Of a stretch of DNA of 45,940 bases, positions 23,028 to 35,274 are shown piece after piece (within the stretch, counting starts at the first letter, position 1; the number at the start of each line of letters is the position of its first letter). The DNA comes from Nemertoderma westbladi. Lineage: Eukaryota > Animalia > Xenacoelomorpha. The notes under the pieces were generated by a model that was not told the DNA's origin, made no database searches, and saw nothing but the letters and a program-made list of their open reading frames with translations. Made by a program: the position numbers and the translations under genes. The stretch spans positions 1-45,940 of the forward strand of contig JAUCBJ010001662.1 in the NCBI GenBank assembly GCA_032718475.1, read 5' to 3'.

Positions 23028-26000
23028 ATGAGTACCGGAACCGCTGCCCCTGCCACTAGGGTTAAAGATAAAACTCTAGGAGGGAAGAAAGATGAAACAA
23101 TACATTACTGTGGTGGGAAAAGCAGAAAGTGTGTGAATAAAATATCAAACAATAATTTGCGATTTATGCAAACAATTCTGGTGTGTTAAATGTGTTAATG
23201 ACGATTATCCGAATTCTTTACCCGATTCTTTGTACAATAACCTACCAGATGAGTTTGAGTGGAGTTGTTCCGAATGTTCTACATTAAGTCTACCACAATG
23301 TTTAATAGTAAATGAAGTTTTTGATGAGAAAAGTTTACGTAAATTTGGATGTGAAATCGAATTTTCCGATGAGTTTAATAGATTATTAATCCATAAAAGG
23401 CAAGGAAAAAATAAAAAGCGCACTGAGCCCTTAACCTTAAGTGATAACGAGTATTGTAATGAGAACAGTGCGAAACTGAATGACAACAGTGATAAGCGAC
23501 AGAATGATGAAATTATTAAATTATTATCAAACCAATTACATCAACAAATGCTATTTATGGATCAGATGAGGCGAGACCAAATATTAGCTCAAGAAATACA
23601 TAGAGAAGAATTGAAACGAATGATAGGTTCACAAGAGATTGATCGTGAGCATACCCGAGAAATAATGAGAGAAATGATGAGCCAAAATTCGAGTAGCGAA
23701 ATGAGGCATAGTGATATGCGATTTGGACACCAAGGGGTGAGTGTGCCTAGTTCATCTACGAGGTCAAGAATTAAACTTCCGAAAATTGATTTACCTATAT
23801 TTTATGGTGATCAGTTGAAATGGCTAGGCTGGTGGACTTCATTTAAAACAGCAATACATGAACATTCTGAGTTATCAGGTGGTGAAAAACTAACTTATTT
23901 ACGCATGAGCTGTAAAGGAAAGGCATTTGCAGCGATTGAAGGTTTTGAAGTTACTGAATCAAATTACAATAAGGCTATAGATAAACTTACTGAACAATTT
24001 GGTAGACTGGAGGTTCAAATACGAGCTCATTATGACTGTTTATACTCCATACAGTGTCAGAGCAACCCTTCTACTAAACAGTTACGAAAATTTACTGACA
24101 CGATTGAACTACACTTACAACAAATGGAGTCCCTTGGGGAAGATGTCGAGCAACGGTCACTATTGTCTTTCCTTTTAGGGAAAGTGCCAAGAGATATAAT
24201 GGAAAAGTTAAGTAAACAAAAGGACAGGAAGGTTGAATGGTCTATGGAAAAATTCCGAGAGGCCATAAATGAGCTAATTCTACTCCGAGAGGATTTACTT
24301 CTGCAAAGTGGTATTTCAAAAACAACCGAGAGCAATTATGATTCAACAGGGCATAGTCATAATTATCATGATAACAGTGATATTAGATATGGCCGCAGTG
24401 ACAGCCGGAGTAAGTATAATGATAGGAGAGATGCTAGGCATATAGGTTATTATAAACGAAATAATTCAGGAAATTATCTATCGGAACGAAGTGTTCCATC
24501 CACAACAGAAACATTAATAACTAATTCTGTATGGTCTAAAACAAACAATAGTTGCCCATACTGCCAAGGTGAGCATTGGGCAGATGAGTGTCAACAGTAT
24601 AGTACTGTTGATGAACGTAAGGAGAAACTGGGATCAAACTGCCATCTGTGTTTAGGTAAGGGACACTTCAGACATCAGTGTAGAAAGCATTCTAGATGTT
24701 GGTATTGTGGGATGAATAACCATCATCATAGGAGTCTTTGTATAAAGCGAACAGAGAAACAAAATGACTCAATGCATAATAGTAGTAATAAGATAAAAAC
24801 AAATACAAATGATGCATCAAAAATAAAACCTAAATATGGAGGTCAACCACATACTTTAGTTACTGAAAGTAAAGAATGTGATGTAGCAATGAAAACGGCC
24901 ATTTCTACAGTTTTTAATCCTATGAATGGCAATGAGGCAGAGACGATAATATTTTTGGATTCAGGAAGCAAAAGAAGTTACATATCAGAAAGTTTAAGAC
25001 GAAAACTAAAAATAACTAACACTGAACGATATGAAACATTTTTATTGTGTACATTTGGGTCTGAGAGAATAAAGACTCAAATACTTCCAATTATTAAAAT
25101 GGGAATTATACCAAAATTCGGTCATACACAAACTATAGAATTTGCTGTAGTGCCACAGATAACAGGAACTGTTGGGCGTTTCGCCATCGATGAAGTTTTA
25201 GAAGCTGAATTAAAACAAAAGGTCAACTACCTAGCTGATAACTCACGAGATAGAAATTATCAAATGGAAGTTTTGATTGGAAATGATTATTATGATGAGT
25301 TTATAAACACAAAACGAATTCAAGTTAATGATGGTTTGTGCCTTCTAGAATCTAAATTTGGTTGGATCTTATCAGGTCGAGTGGAAGTTATTAATTTACA
25401 GAAGGATAACCAGTCAATGATGACATTACTATGTCATAACTCAATACTAAATGACCAATGTGAATATGTGGATAAGGTATTAGAGAAACCTAATATTGAA
25501 CTGTTCTGGAACCTAGAAACCCTTGGAATAAAGGAATCATGTGTAGCCAATGATGATGATAAGGCACTAAGGCAATTTAACAACTCTATAATCTTTGAAA
25601 ATGGACGTTTTGTTACTTGGCCATGGCGAGAAGATTTTGCAAGAGATCTACCCGACAACTATGAATTATGCCTAGGTCAATTAAAATCTGTACATAAAAA
25701 CGACTATTGAATGATAGAAAATTATTAGCTGATTATGATAATATTATAAAAGATCAAATATCGGAAGGGATTGTTGAAGAAGTTGAAATGAAAAAGGAAA
25801 ATTCTGCAAATTTGAAACATTATATCCCACATCATGCTGTGGTTAAACCAGATAAGGAAACCACAAAGGTACGAATTGTTTACAATGCAAGTGCTAAAAC
25901 AAAAAAGGGAAATAAGAGCCTCAATGAGTGCCTTTATTCAGGACCAGTTTTATTAGAAAACTTATGTGGTGTACTTTTACGATTTCGGATAAAACCAATT

Positions 26001-29000
26001 GCTATATTAGCAGATATAGAAAAGGCATTTTTGCAGGTTGGACTGTAAGTTCCAGATAGGGATGTGACGAGATTTATATGGTTGAAAGACTCAAATAGAA
26101 CATGTACTTCAGATAATATAATGGTCTTACGATTTACGAGAGTTCCATTTGGAGTTGTTACAAGCTTGTTTCTATTATTGGCTGTAATAATATTCCACCT
26201 GAATACATTGGGAACTAAAGTTGCACTGCAAATTAAAGATAAAACTTATATGCAGATAACATTGCTACTGGGGTAGATAGTGTTAAGGAAGCGAAGGAGT
26301 TTTATTCTGAAGCAAAGAATATATTTAAAGAAGCATCTATGAATTTACGAAGTTGGCAATCCAATAGCAAAGAATTAAGAGACATTGTGAATCCAGAAGA
26401 TCGATCGATTGCTGAAATTATCAAAGTGTTAGGCCTATGTTGGAATGTCAATGATGATACATTTTCAATATCAAAATTTAAAATGTTGAAACCAGATGAG
26501 TGGACGAAAAGGTTGGCTTGGAAAGCACATTCTAGTGTATTTGACCCTCTTGGATTTTTTGCACCAGTATTGCTTCGAACAAAACTGTTTCTACAAAGGT
26601 TATGGAAAGAAAAACTTGATTGGGACGCACGATTTTCGATTGCACAGTCAGTAGAGTGGAATAAATTACTAGATAGTATAGTTAATATCAATGCGGTAAA
26701 ACTAAATAGAAGTTTCTGTGCTGCTGTTGCAAATAACTACCGATTGATTATATGGATTTGGAGATGCTTCTGCCCAGGCTTATGCAACATGTGTATTTCT
26801 GGTGAAAGAATATGCAAATGAATGTAACAAATTATGTTATGAACCACTGTTGGTGTTTGCTAAAAGTCGACTGATAGAACCAAAGAAACACCAATCAACA
26901 AAACAGCAACCATCAATTCCAAGACTTGAACTTCTTGGCATGTGGATAACATCAAATGCTGTAACTTTCTGCAAAAATCAACTTCGAAATATCCAGATTG
27001 TTGATACTATTATATTTTCTGACTCACTATGTGTACTTTATTGGCTGAAATCTAAGAAGCAAATAGGGGCATTTGTAGATAGACGACTGCATGATATTCG
27101 AAATACTGGTTACGAATTCAGATATGTTATTTCAAAGGACAACCCTTCAGATATTGCAAGTCGAGGTTGTTCCATTGACGAATTGATTGACAATAAGATT
27201 TGGTGGAAGGGGCCAGAGTGGCTTTCATGTGACCCGAATGAGTGGGAGTCAACAAAACTTCCTCCAATAACACCCGAGTATATTAAACTATGTGATGAGG
27301 CGTCAAAACCGGCAAAGGAGTTATACAGTATGTCATTACTTGCCCATCCTCAGAAAAAAACAAGAATATAGAGAGAACACTGAATGGAAATTTTTAGAAG
27401 AATTTGGAAACAAATATTCAAATCTGTCAAATGCGATTCGGGTAATGGTTTACATTTTACGGTTCATTACTCCAAAATCTAAACGTTTGCAGATAAATAA
27501 TGATCTTGTTATGAACTGTATTGTTTCTGAAGAAATTAAATTAGCAGAAACAAAACTAATACATCTTATACAAATTCAACATTTCGGCGACATGATACAT
27601 GCAATTAACCATAATGAGACGAACGAGTTGAAGCGAGCATTAGGTTGTTTTATTGATGATGATGATATTATTCGATGCAGGGGATGATTCACTTATGCTG
27701 AACCATTAAATGGTTTCCCAATATTACTCCCGAAAAGATCATGGTTTACAAAATTATTGGTAGAAAGAGTACATAAATTAAACTTCCATGTTGGTGTATC
27801 ACATACTTTGGCTTTAGTTAGAAGACATTTTTGGATAATACATGGAAGATCTGTTGTTCGATCAATATTATTGAAATGTATAATGTGTAAAAAGGTAGAT
27901 GGGCAATCATATAAACTTCCTCCGATAGCTCCATTGCCAAAGGAGCATATTATGAGATCACTTCCCTTTGAATATTCTGGATTGGATTATATGGGACCAC
28001 TACTCGGAAGAAACGATGCAAACGAAGTCCAAAAGATTTGGATTTGTCTGTTTACATGCATGGCTACTCGAGGTGTTAGATTGGAATTAGTTCGAGACCA
28101 AGGAACTGAAGAGTTTTTATTTTGTTTTAGGCGATTTAAAGCGAGATCAGGGAAGATATCAATGTTCATATCTGATAATGCTTCTCAATTTAAACTGGCA
28201 CGATCTGTATTGGAAGCTGTGTTAAGTGACGGCATAAAGTGGCGATTTATCCCTGAAATGTCCCCTTGGATGGGTGGCTTTTACGAAAGGCTTATTGGCT
28301 TGATAAAAAAGATCTTAAAGAAATTACTACGAAAGACGTGCTTGACTATAAGGCAACTTGAATGCCTGTTATTAGAAATTGAACCTATAATAAATAGTCG
28401 ACCTCTGCTATATGTAGGAAATGATATAGACTCAGGGTATACTTTATGTCCAAATGATTTCTTAGGTGCATTTTTAGAATGTGGATCCTATGAAGATGTA
28501 TTAAGAGATTCAAATTATCAACCAGCCATTCCGACACTTAAGGAAAGTTTGATTAGTGCATGGACTCATGGAAAGGAACATATTGATTCTGTCTGGAAAG
28601 CTTTCTATGACGAATATTTACATAGTCTCCAAGAGCGAACACAAACTGACCATAAGGGTAGAAAGGGACAGTTGGTAGATAAACCACAAATTGGAGATAT
28701 TGTTTTGATAAAGGATGATGGGCCACGAGGACGTTGGAAACTGGCAGTTATTGATTCTTTGAACACCAGTAATGATGAAGAAGTTAGAAGAGCTGTTGTG
28801 AGATTCATTATCGAGAATAAAAGGAAGGTAAAAGTAAGTCGAGTAACTCGACCAATTAACATGTTGTTTCCATTGGAATTAAACGAGAGATGTATTGAAC
28901 CAAACTCTGTGATGAATAAGAATACTAACTGTTCTGATTCCCGCATTTCAAAACATACCACTAATGACCGTGAATGTCAACGACCTAAAAGAAAAGCTGC

Positions 29001-29040
29001 GGAGAGAGCTAAGAAATTAATAGCGGAAGGATTGTGTTAG
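23028..29040 (+). pseudogene. Disrupted BEL/Pao gag-pol: PHD finger, gag, three Cys/His knuckles, aspartic protease, RT, RNase H, integrase
   Basis: ICDLCKQFWCVKC...WSCSEC, KLPKIDLPIFYG, CPYC..EH..C / CHLC..GH..C / CWYC..HH..LC, FLDSGSKRSYI, YIPHHAV, ADIEKAFLQV, FDPLG, IPRLEL, NPSDIASRG, GLDYMGP, SDNASQF, GFYERLI. Several frameshifts, and stops at 26046-26048 and 27685-27687. Confidence 0.93.
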
Positions 29041-29108
29041 TAGAAATAAATTAAACTTAAATCAAGACAAAGTCATCACTGGTCCGGTAGTATTTCCTTT
29101 CGTGGGAG

Positions 29109-29352
29109 TGTCGTAAATATTGTACTATTACGAGTTCAAACTGATAGTATGATCTAAGTTCCCTTACTTTTTCTTGTTACTTAGTATTTCGGTGTTGGGT
29201 GATGTATTGATGTATGCAGTGATATACTGCTGTATTGAGCTGTGTACCTGGTACCGGTCTCATGTAAACCTTTTGTACTTATTATATATATTATATAGCA
29301 ATAATATGAGAACTGCAACTGCGACCATTCTGCCATTATGGATATTTTAACA
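29109..29352 (+). repeat. 3' LTR
   Basis: Identical by eye to 22377-22620. Confidence 0.97.
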
Positions 29353-29418
29353 ACGGGTCAGCACAGTCAGACAATGCAATACTGACTAGATACCGGTAGC
29401 GTAGGCCCAAAAGGTTAA

Positions 29419-31301
29419 CCCTATTCAACCTGGGCTAATCTATCCGAGATTCAACCTGGGTGTTGGCGTTTTCTGCCAACAATTTTGAATACATTTTGAA
29501 TGAGGTAGAAATGTTCAAAATTAGTTGCGTTTTCGCATGGAAACAGACACATATATGGAGCATATAGTGGATTTTAAATTAATGTAAAATATTATGGCTA
29601 ACTATCCAATATTTAAATAATTAATTAGAGTGCACCATTCAAAAATATATCATATAGTTTCAATGGAAAGAGTTGCTATTTGCCTATCTTTACCAAATTA
29701 CTCCCTCCTCCTACCTTGTATGAGATGTTGGGTTTAGTGTTTCATATTATAGTCTAGTAAAGGACAGATGGCTGGGGGCTATTCTGTACACTACTACAAA
29801 GATTGGTAAATAATTGGAATAAAATGGTCAGACAATATTAGCTTGTCTGCATGCTGCAACAGCAACCTGGGAAGCCAACCTAATTTGCCATTTTGCTTGA
29901 GGCAGTTTCAGACTCCTGGTGACTTAATTCAATACATCCTTAGATGATAACTTGGCTGCAGATCTCAACCCAGTTTTCTATCCAGCTGTGTTTTAGGTAT
30001 CCCAATTCCAGCATGAGGTAAACAAACACAATGCCTTATCTACCTTCACTTGTAATTTAATTCAATTCAATAATATCTGTCTGGCAGGTAAAACTGGTTG
30101 AATAGTTTGGTATTTGATTGGGTGCCAAGGCTAAAGCATTGTCCAACCAGAATCACATTAAGGGGGGGGTATACCCCCCCATGAACCTTTTTTTAAAATG
30201 GCTGTCAATTACTGTTAAATGATAATATTGCTATTTTGTCATGGTCAACCACTGTATGGAAGGCCAAATAGCCTTTATAGTAAAATTTGAAAATTTGTAG
30301 CCTCCCCCTAGCGGCTGGCGGCGGAATTAAAGATTTCACTAAAATTGCTACTAGTCCCTCAATTTTGGTCCAAATTTCTTGAAACCAACTTTTTTGGACT
30401 CAGCGTGATCGACTCTACAAAAGTTATCTTATAGAATTTTTAATTAGCCAATTTTATTTTAATTAATTAATTTAATTAATTAATTATCATATTTTTAATT
30501 AAAAATGGCTAATTAGAAAAAATTTTAATATTTATCAAAATTCCATAAGATAACTTTTAAAGAGCTTCCTAAGCTCGTTCGAATGAGCCATAAACGAAGA
30601 AAATTGGTTGAAAAATGACGGAGGAGTAGTAATTTGAAAATGAAAAATGTCATTCCGAGAAAATGCCCTTCAAAGTTTAAACCGTCCCGCCAAAATTGGC
30701 TGTCTGTGTTCTGGTTGGTTAATTATTTCTGGCACGAAGGATGCACACCAACAAGCTAAAATGTTCGTTACTTGGGTTTTCGGGGTCGCTGATTTCATTT
30801 CCGATGTCAGTTTTAATTTTTGGTAGAATCTAGTCTATTTGTCAGTCTGTCGGTCTTCTGTCTTTCTTACAATTTGACGGACAGACCGTCATACGGAAAA
30901 ACAGTGATAACTCGAGAACTGAAAGAGGTCTCACTAAGCGGTTTTCAGATTTGTAATCCTCATTAAATTCTGCTCTAGGTGAAATATAGAAACAATAATT
31001 TGAAAATTTTACCTTAGGGGGGGTATACCCCCCCCCCCCCCTTAATTAAGAAGTTAGGAATATTGTGACAGCACCAAGAATTATTTTAGTAAATTTGGAT
31101 AAAATTCTCGACTTCCCTTTGACAAAATCTCATTTGCAAAAAAACTAAAAATCGCACAAAAAAATAAATGACACTACGAGATTCACCAGTAAATTTTAGG
31201 AAAAGTCAACAATTTTCAAGTGCATAGCCCTTAAATATATTCTCAAATTCACAGCATTATATTATAATGGCGGAAAACGCCAACACCCAGGTTGGATAGG
31301 G
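29419..31301. mobile_element. Non-autonomous piggyBac-type element
   Basis: TTAA (29415-29418) CCCTATTCAACCTGGG ... CCCAGGTTGGATAGGG TTAA (31302-31305); subterminal TGTTGGCGTTTTC / GAAAACGCCAACA inverted repeat. Confidence 0.85.
30162..31041. mobile_element. Kolobok-type non-autonomous element nested in the piggyBac-type element
   Basis: TTAA (30158-30161) GGGGGGGGTATACCCCCC ... GGGGGGGTATACCCCCCCC TTAA (31042-31045); purine-start termini with a TTAA TSD. Confidence 0.75.
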
Positions 31302-32718
31302 TTAAAGTATCCGACCAATCAGAGAACGATATTAAACAGCACCAAGCACCACCTATGTGTAGTTCAACCACTACACCTTATAATGTCACAGTACTGCAGT
31401 ATGAACAGAGATTGCATATAAATATTAACTACGGTCAGCAATCACTTTCCACTAAACAACTAGAGTTTCATTAAGTAAGAGAGAGGCAAAATAGATATTG
31501 TAAAATCAACTCATTACCAACCGCACAAAACGGGCTTCCCTTTCAACTAAATATGGATTTAAACGCAACCCAAATAAACAGAAATAAACAAAACAAAAAT
31601 AAGCCCTAACAATATTCCCCCCTTACGTTTCTTTACAGGGCCACAGATACAGTACCTAATAATTAAATATAACTTATTAATTAGTTAAACGTGCTTCATG
31701 AAATAAAGCCCAATCAAGCAACCATCAATCTTTTTAAGCACTATAATACCTTTAAATTTTCTATACGGGACCATAATATACAGTATGTTAATAATGATAA
31801 TTATTATGCCTTAAGCTCCTTTCCAGCACCACAAGATATTATTTTCTCGAACTACATTAAATCTTATGTTTCTTAACATGACCACAATATACAGTATGTT
31901 AATAAATTCACATATAAATTGTTAATTAATTACCTAAACGAACCTTTAAACAGAATTAAACGTGTCGAGTTTCAAAACGTTCATTAATATAAACGTATAT
32001 TAATATTATAATGAAAATTACCGTATTTACTACCAAATATAGATGTCGCGACTACATCAAATAAAGGCGTAACAAGACCACCTAAAAGCCTCCTCATATA
32101 AATTATCCATTTAGTTTATTACATTAAATTGCACTTCACCGGCCGGGTTGATAAGGGCTATGTAATATTATATATCAAATAAATAAATAAGTAAGTTTTG
32201 ATTATTCCCCCCCCCCCCCCCTTCCCTGTTTTTAACCCATCTATATCATCTAAACAATTAATTGAGCTTACACTGCAGGTTTCACGGCATTCCAAGGAGG
32301 ATTGAAACGATGGATATAGTTCGCTTCCGCGTGAATCCTGGTGTTGTCATCCCTAAAACTACGGAACCCTGTAACTCGTAGGTTCGAAATGGGGCACTCT
32401 AAAAAATGCTCTACCAAAATGTATTCCGGGATATCATAGACATCCGGGTCTACCTCTTTCCTAAAACTTCTCAGGTTTGACCTATGTTTAGACACCTCTC
32501 CCTTAATGCTTGTTCAGTTTGACCAATATAAAAGAGACCCTTATGTTGCACACATGTTAATAAATATAAAACATTTACCGATAAACAATTAAATGAACCT
32601 ACAATCTTATCACCCCAAGGTGTCCTCCTCATATCGCACATGGAGACACAAGTTAGACAATGGGGTTTCCCGTATGGTTTATTACCCAGAACACCTTCTG
32701 AGACTCGCTTCCGGACTA

Positions 32719-32999
32719 AAGTAAAGTAAAGTAAATTTGCTTCAGCCGCTAGGCCAGGGATTACGCACAAAGTCTTACGACTTATTTCCAGTGCGGTCCC
32801 CCCAGGACTTTACTCCCCAGAGGAAACTCCAGTTCTCATTTAGCTACCACTTAAGGATGCAAGGCAGAGATGTGCCCTGGCTGGTCCCTTTAAAGCATTC
32901 GTGCCGAATCGAAAACTGCCCTGGCCCATGTGAGGATCGAACCCACCTACGGGAGATGTGAATTCAATGCGACCACTACACCAAGGTGGAACCTCTGGA
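32719..32999 (-). mobile_element. tRNA-derived SINE inserted in the Penelope-like ORF
   Basis: A box TGGTGTAGTGG (32973-32983), B box GGTTCGATCC (32934-32943), (CTTTA)n tail, TSD TAGTCC (32713-32718 / 33000-33005). Excision restores GKNLGNFLVRKRV. Confidence 0.88.
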
Positions 33000-34000
33000 G
33001 GACTAGGAAATTTCCTAAGTTTTTTCCCGGTGACGTTGCCATGGTAACGCGTATACCTTCCCCCTCCATCCGACGTCTGAAACTCCTCATCACGGGTCTC
33101 ACTACATCGGTAAACCGGCTGTCTAACGGGAAGAAAACTTCAACTATGTCCCCCGCACGTTTCACTACTCCTCCTCGAACTCTGGGAACCGTTCCGAAAA
33201 TCCATTCCCTCAACCACTCCAACACGTTAACTGGATATCCCGGAACCCAACAGTCGGTCTAGTATCAATCCCTAGCTTTCTCATATTCCAGTCCAAAACG
33301 TGCGAAACATTGCAACTTACCCTTCACGATAGCATCCAACATCTTCTTGCTATGGAAGCTGTTGTATGGGATCGGGAGTTTCCAGGACAACGGTTTAAAG
33401 TACACGGCCGATCCTAAACTTCCTTCTTCCGTTCTGTATATGTCCAAATCTAGAAAAACCGAGCGAGAGTTCGAAAATTCAAAGGTGAATTGAATTCCCG
33501 TAGTACCGAATACCTCCTGACATCCCTCATTATATTTATCTTTAATTCGTGTCTTCTCCTCCTCCGTTAAACTCTTCGAAAAGATTCGTCCACGAACGTA
33601 TGGAAATATATGGCGCTGAACTGAGTAACCAAACCCATGTGGGTGTGGATTCTGTCTACCGTTAACACAGCAATCAATTTCCTGGCTGGACCCCCAATGC
33701 CCAAACCCTTTATTAGAACGTAGAAAGTTCCCTCGTGTTTGAAATATGTGTGTTCAATTACGTATTTCAGGAGTAAAACAATCTGTTGACAATGATATCC
33801 CGTGCTTTCTAAAATATCATCGTTCTTAGCTACTACCATACCGATCGCCGCGACCGCAAGGTCGTGCGAGATTGAAGGGTACATGTCCTTTACGTCCAAT
33901 GCCATAAACGTGATCTCCCTCCACTGCCCGACGGGTAACTCCTTCCGAGCGGAGTGTGAATCCTTCACAAAATGTTCCATACATTCCAATAGTGGTTGTA

Positions 34001-34701
34001 CAGTACAGGCCACCAGAAAAAGCAGATTTCATCCAATGTGATCACATGTGAACACATTTGTTCAAGTCATCTGATTGGCAGGTTATGGCGAATTATCTTC
34101 TAGATCACACGCAGCAGGAGACTAACTTGCTGGGACCGACAAAGGCTTTGTGTGCGGTGCGCCTGTATGTCTGATATCAGGTAGATGAGAGAGCCCCCAG
34201 GGCGTAACATTGCGGACATGGGCTGTATTGGTAGAGAGAGAACTACATACAAGACCACATGGAGGTTCATAGAGTGTATGGGAGTGGATGGGTATATGGA
34301 TGGAGGAGCCTAAACCATTGCATAATTAATTTAGTGCAGGGAGATGTCGCGCCATTAGTCTGACACCGAGAAGGCACACAGAAACACCAGAAGATGGCTT
34401 AACATCACTAACTATAGGCCTGCCTCCTAGACACTATTAACCGCACACTATAAAGGTAAACAATATCCTTATCGCATTTCCAGCTGCAGTGGGTGACAGT
34501 TAGCGGCAAACTACAGATAGTTTCCAGTGTTTCAAAAGTATTCAATTGTATCCTTTGGCGAAAAAATTTTGGTTGTTGCCAATTCAATTATGTTCAATTA
34601 TGTTCAATTGTCCCGTTCAACAACATTACACTACACTGGTACACATTTGATAAAATGTGTTCACAATTGTACAAATCTGCGTTTTCTGGTGGCCTGTACT
34701 G
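34001..34701. mobile_element. Tc1/mariner-type MITE inserted in the Penelope-like RT
   Basis: TA|CAGTACAGGCCACCAGAAAA ... TTTTCTGGTGGCCTGTACTG|TA. Excision restores LLNKIIQPLLECM. Confidence 0.9.
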
Positions 34702-35274
34702 TATGATTTTATTCAATAACTTAGCGACTTTCTCCATTAGCGTCCCTGTCTTAGATATAATCAGTCTCGCTTTTGGTGCTTTCACGCCCCCCCCCCCCCC
34801 CCCCCCCCCCAGTTTATCCATTCTTCCTCCCCCTCAGCTCGAAACTTACTGGTGGGGTTGTGCGTCAACCTCTTGTAAGTCGACTGATCCTCCAAAATCC
34901 TCCGAAGTTCCCTCTCTTTAACTCTCCTGTCGACGAGAATGACATTACCCGTTTTGTCTCCCTTCACTATTGCGATATCTTTATCCCTCCTTAGTGTATG
35001 GATAAGTTTAATCTGTTCCGGTAGAAGATTAGGTTTCACTCGATCAACTCTCTTTCATTCCGTCGACTCATCCAAAGACCCATGTAGTGCGCGTATGAGA
35101 TCCTCCACATTCTTGTTGAGACTCTTTGGAGAAACATATCTATGTTTGAATGGTATCCATAGCGGTTCATACCGAAGTTTCGCCCTCTCATTGGGTGTCG
35201 CCGGTTCACCGTTTAAACTCATCCCCATATAATCCATTTGTTGGATCGAGGTGAACCCATCGGTTTCCCCTATG

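Larger units (their letters stand above)
22377..29352 (+). mobile_element. Full-length BEL/Pao LTR retrotransposon
   Basis: 244-bp LTRs TG...CA (22377-22620, 29109-29352), 5-bp TSD ACGGG (22372-22376, 29353-29357), PBS, short purine tract GTGGGAG before the 3' LTR, and a gag-pol in BEL order. Confidence 0.97.

Noticed and set aside
26046-27687. In-frame stops in TE ORFs as programmed readthrough or selenocysteine
   Set aside because: Consistent with ordinary CAA>TAA and CGA>TGA decay, accompanied by frameshifts; no SECIS-like element recognised.
13309-28961. Antisense ORFs overlapping LINE and BEL coding regions
   Set aside because: Shadow frames of the real TE ORFs.
31900-32260. Search for a pLTR hammerhead downstream of the Penelope-like ORF
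   Set aside because: Only ATGAGGAGGC-like text, with no CUGA and no GAAA closing a stem II.
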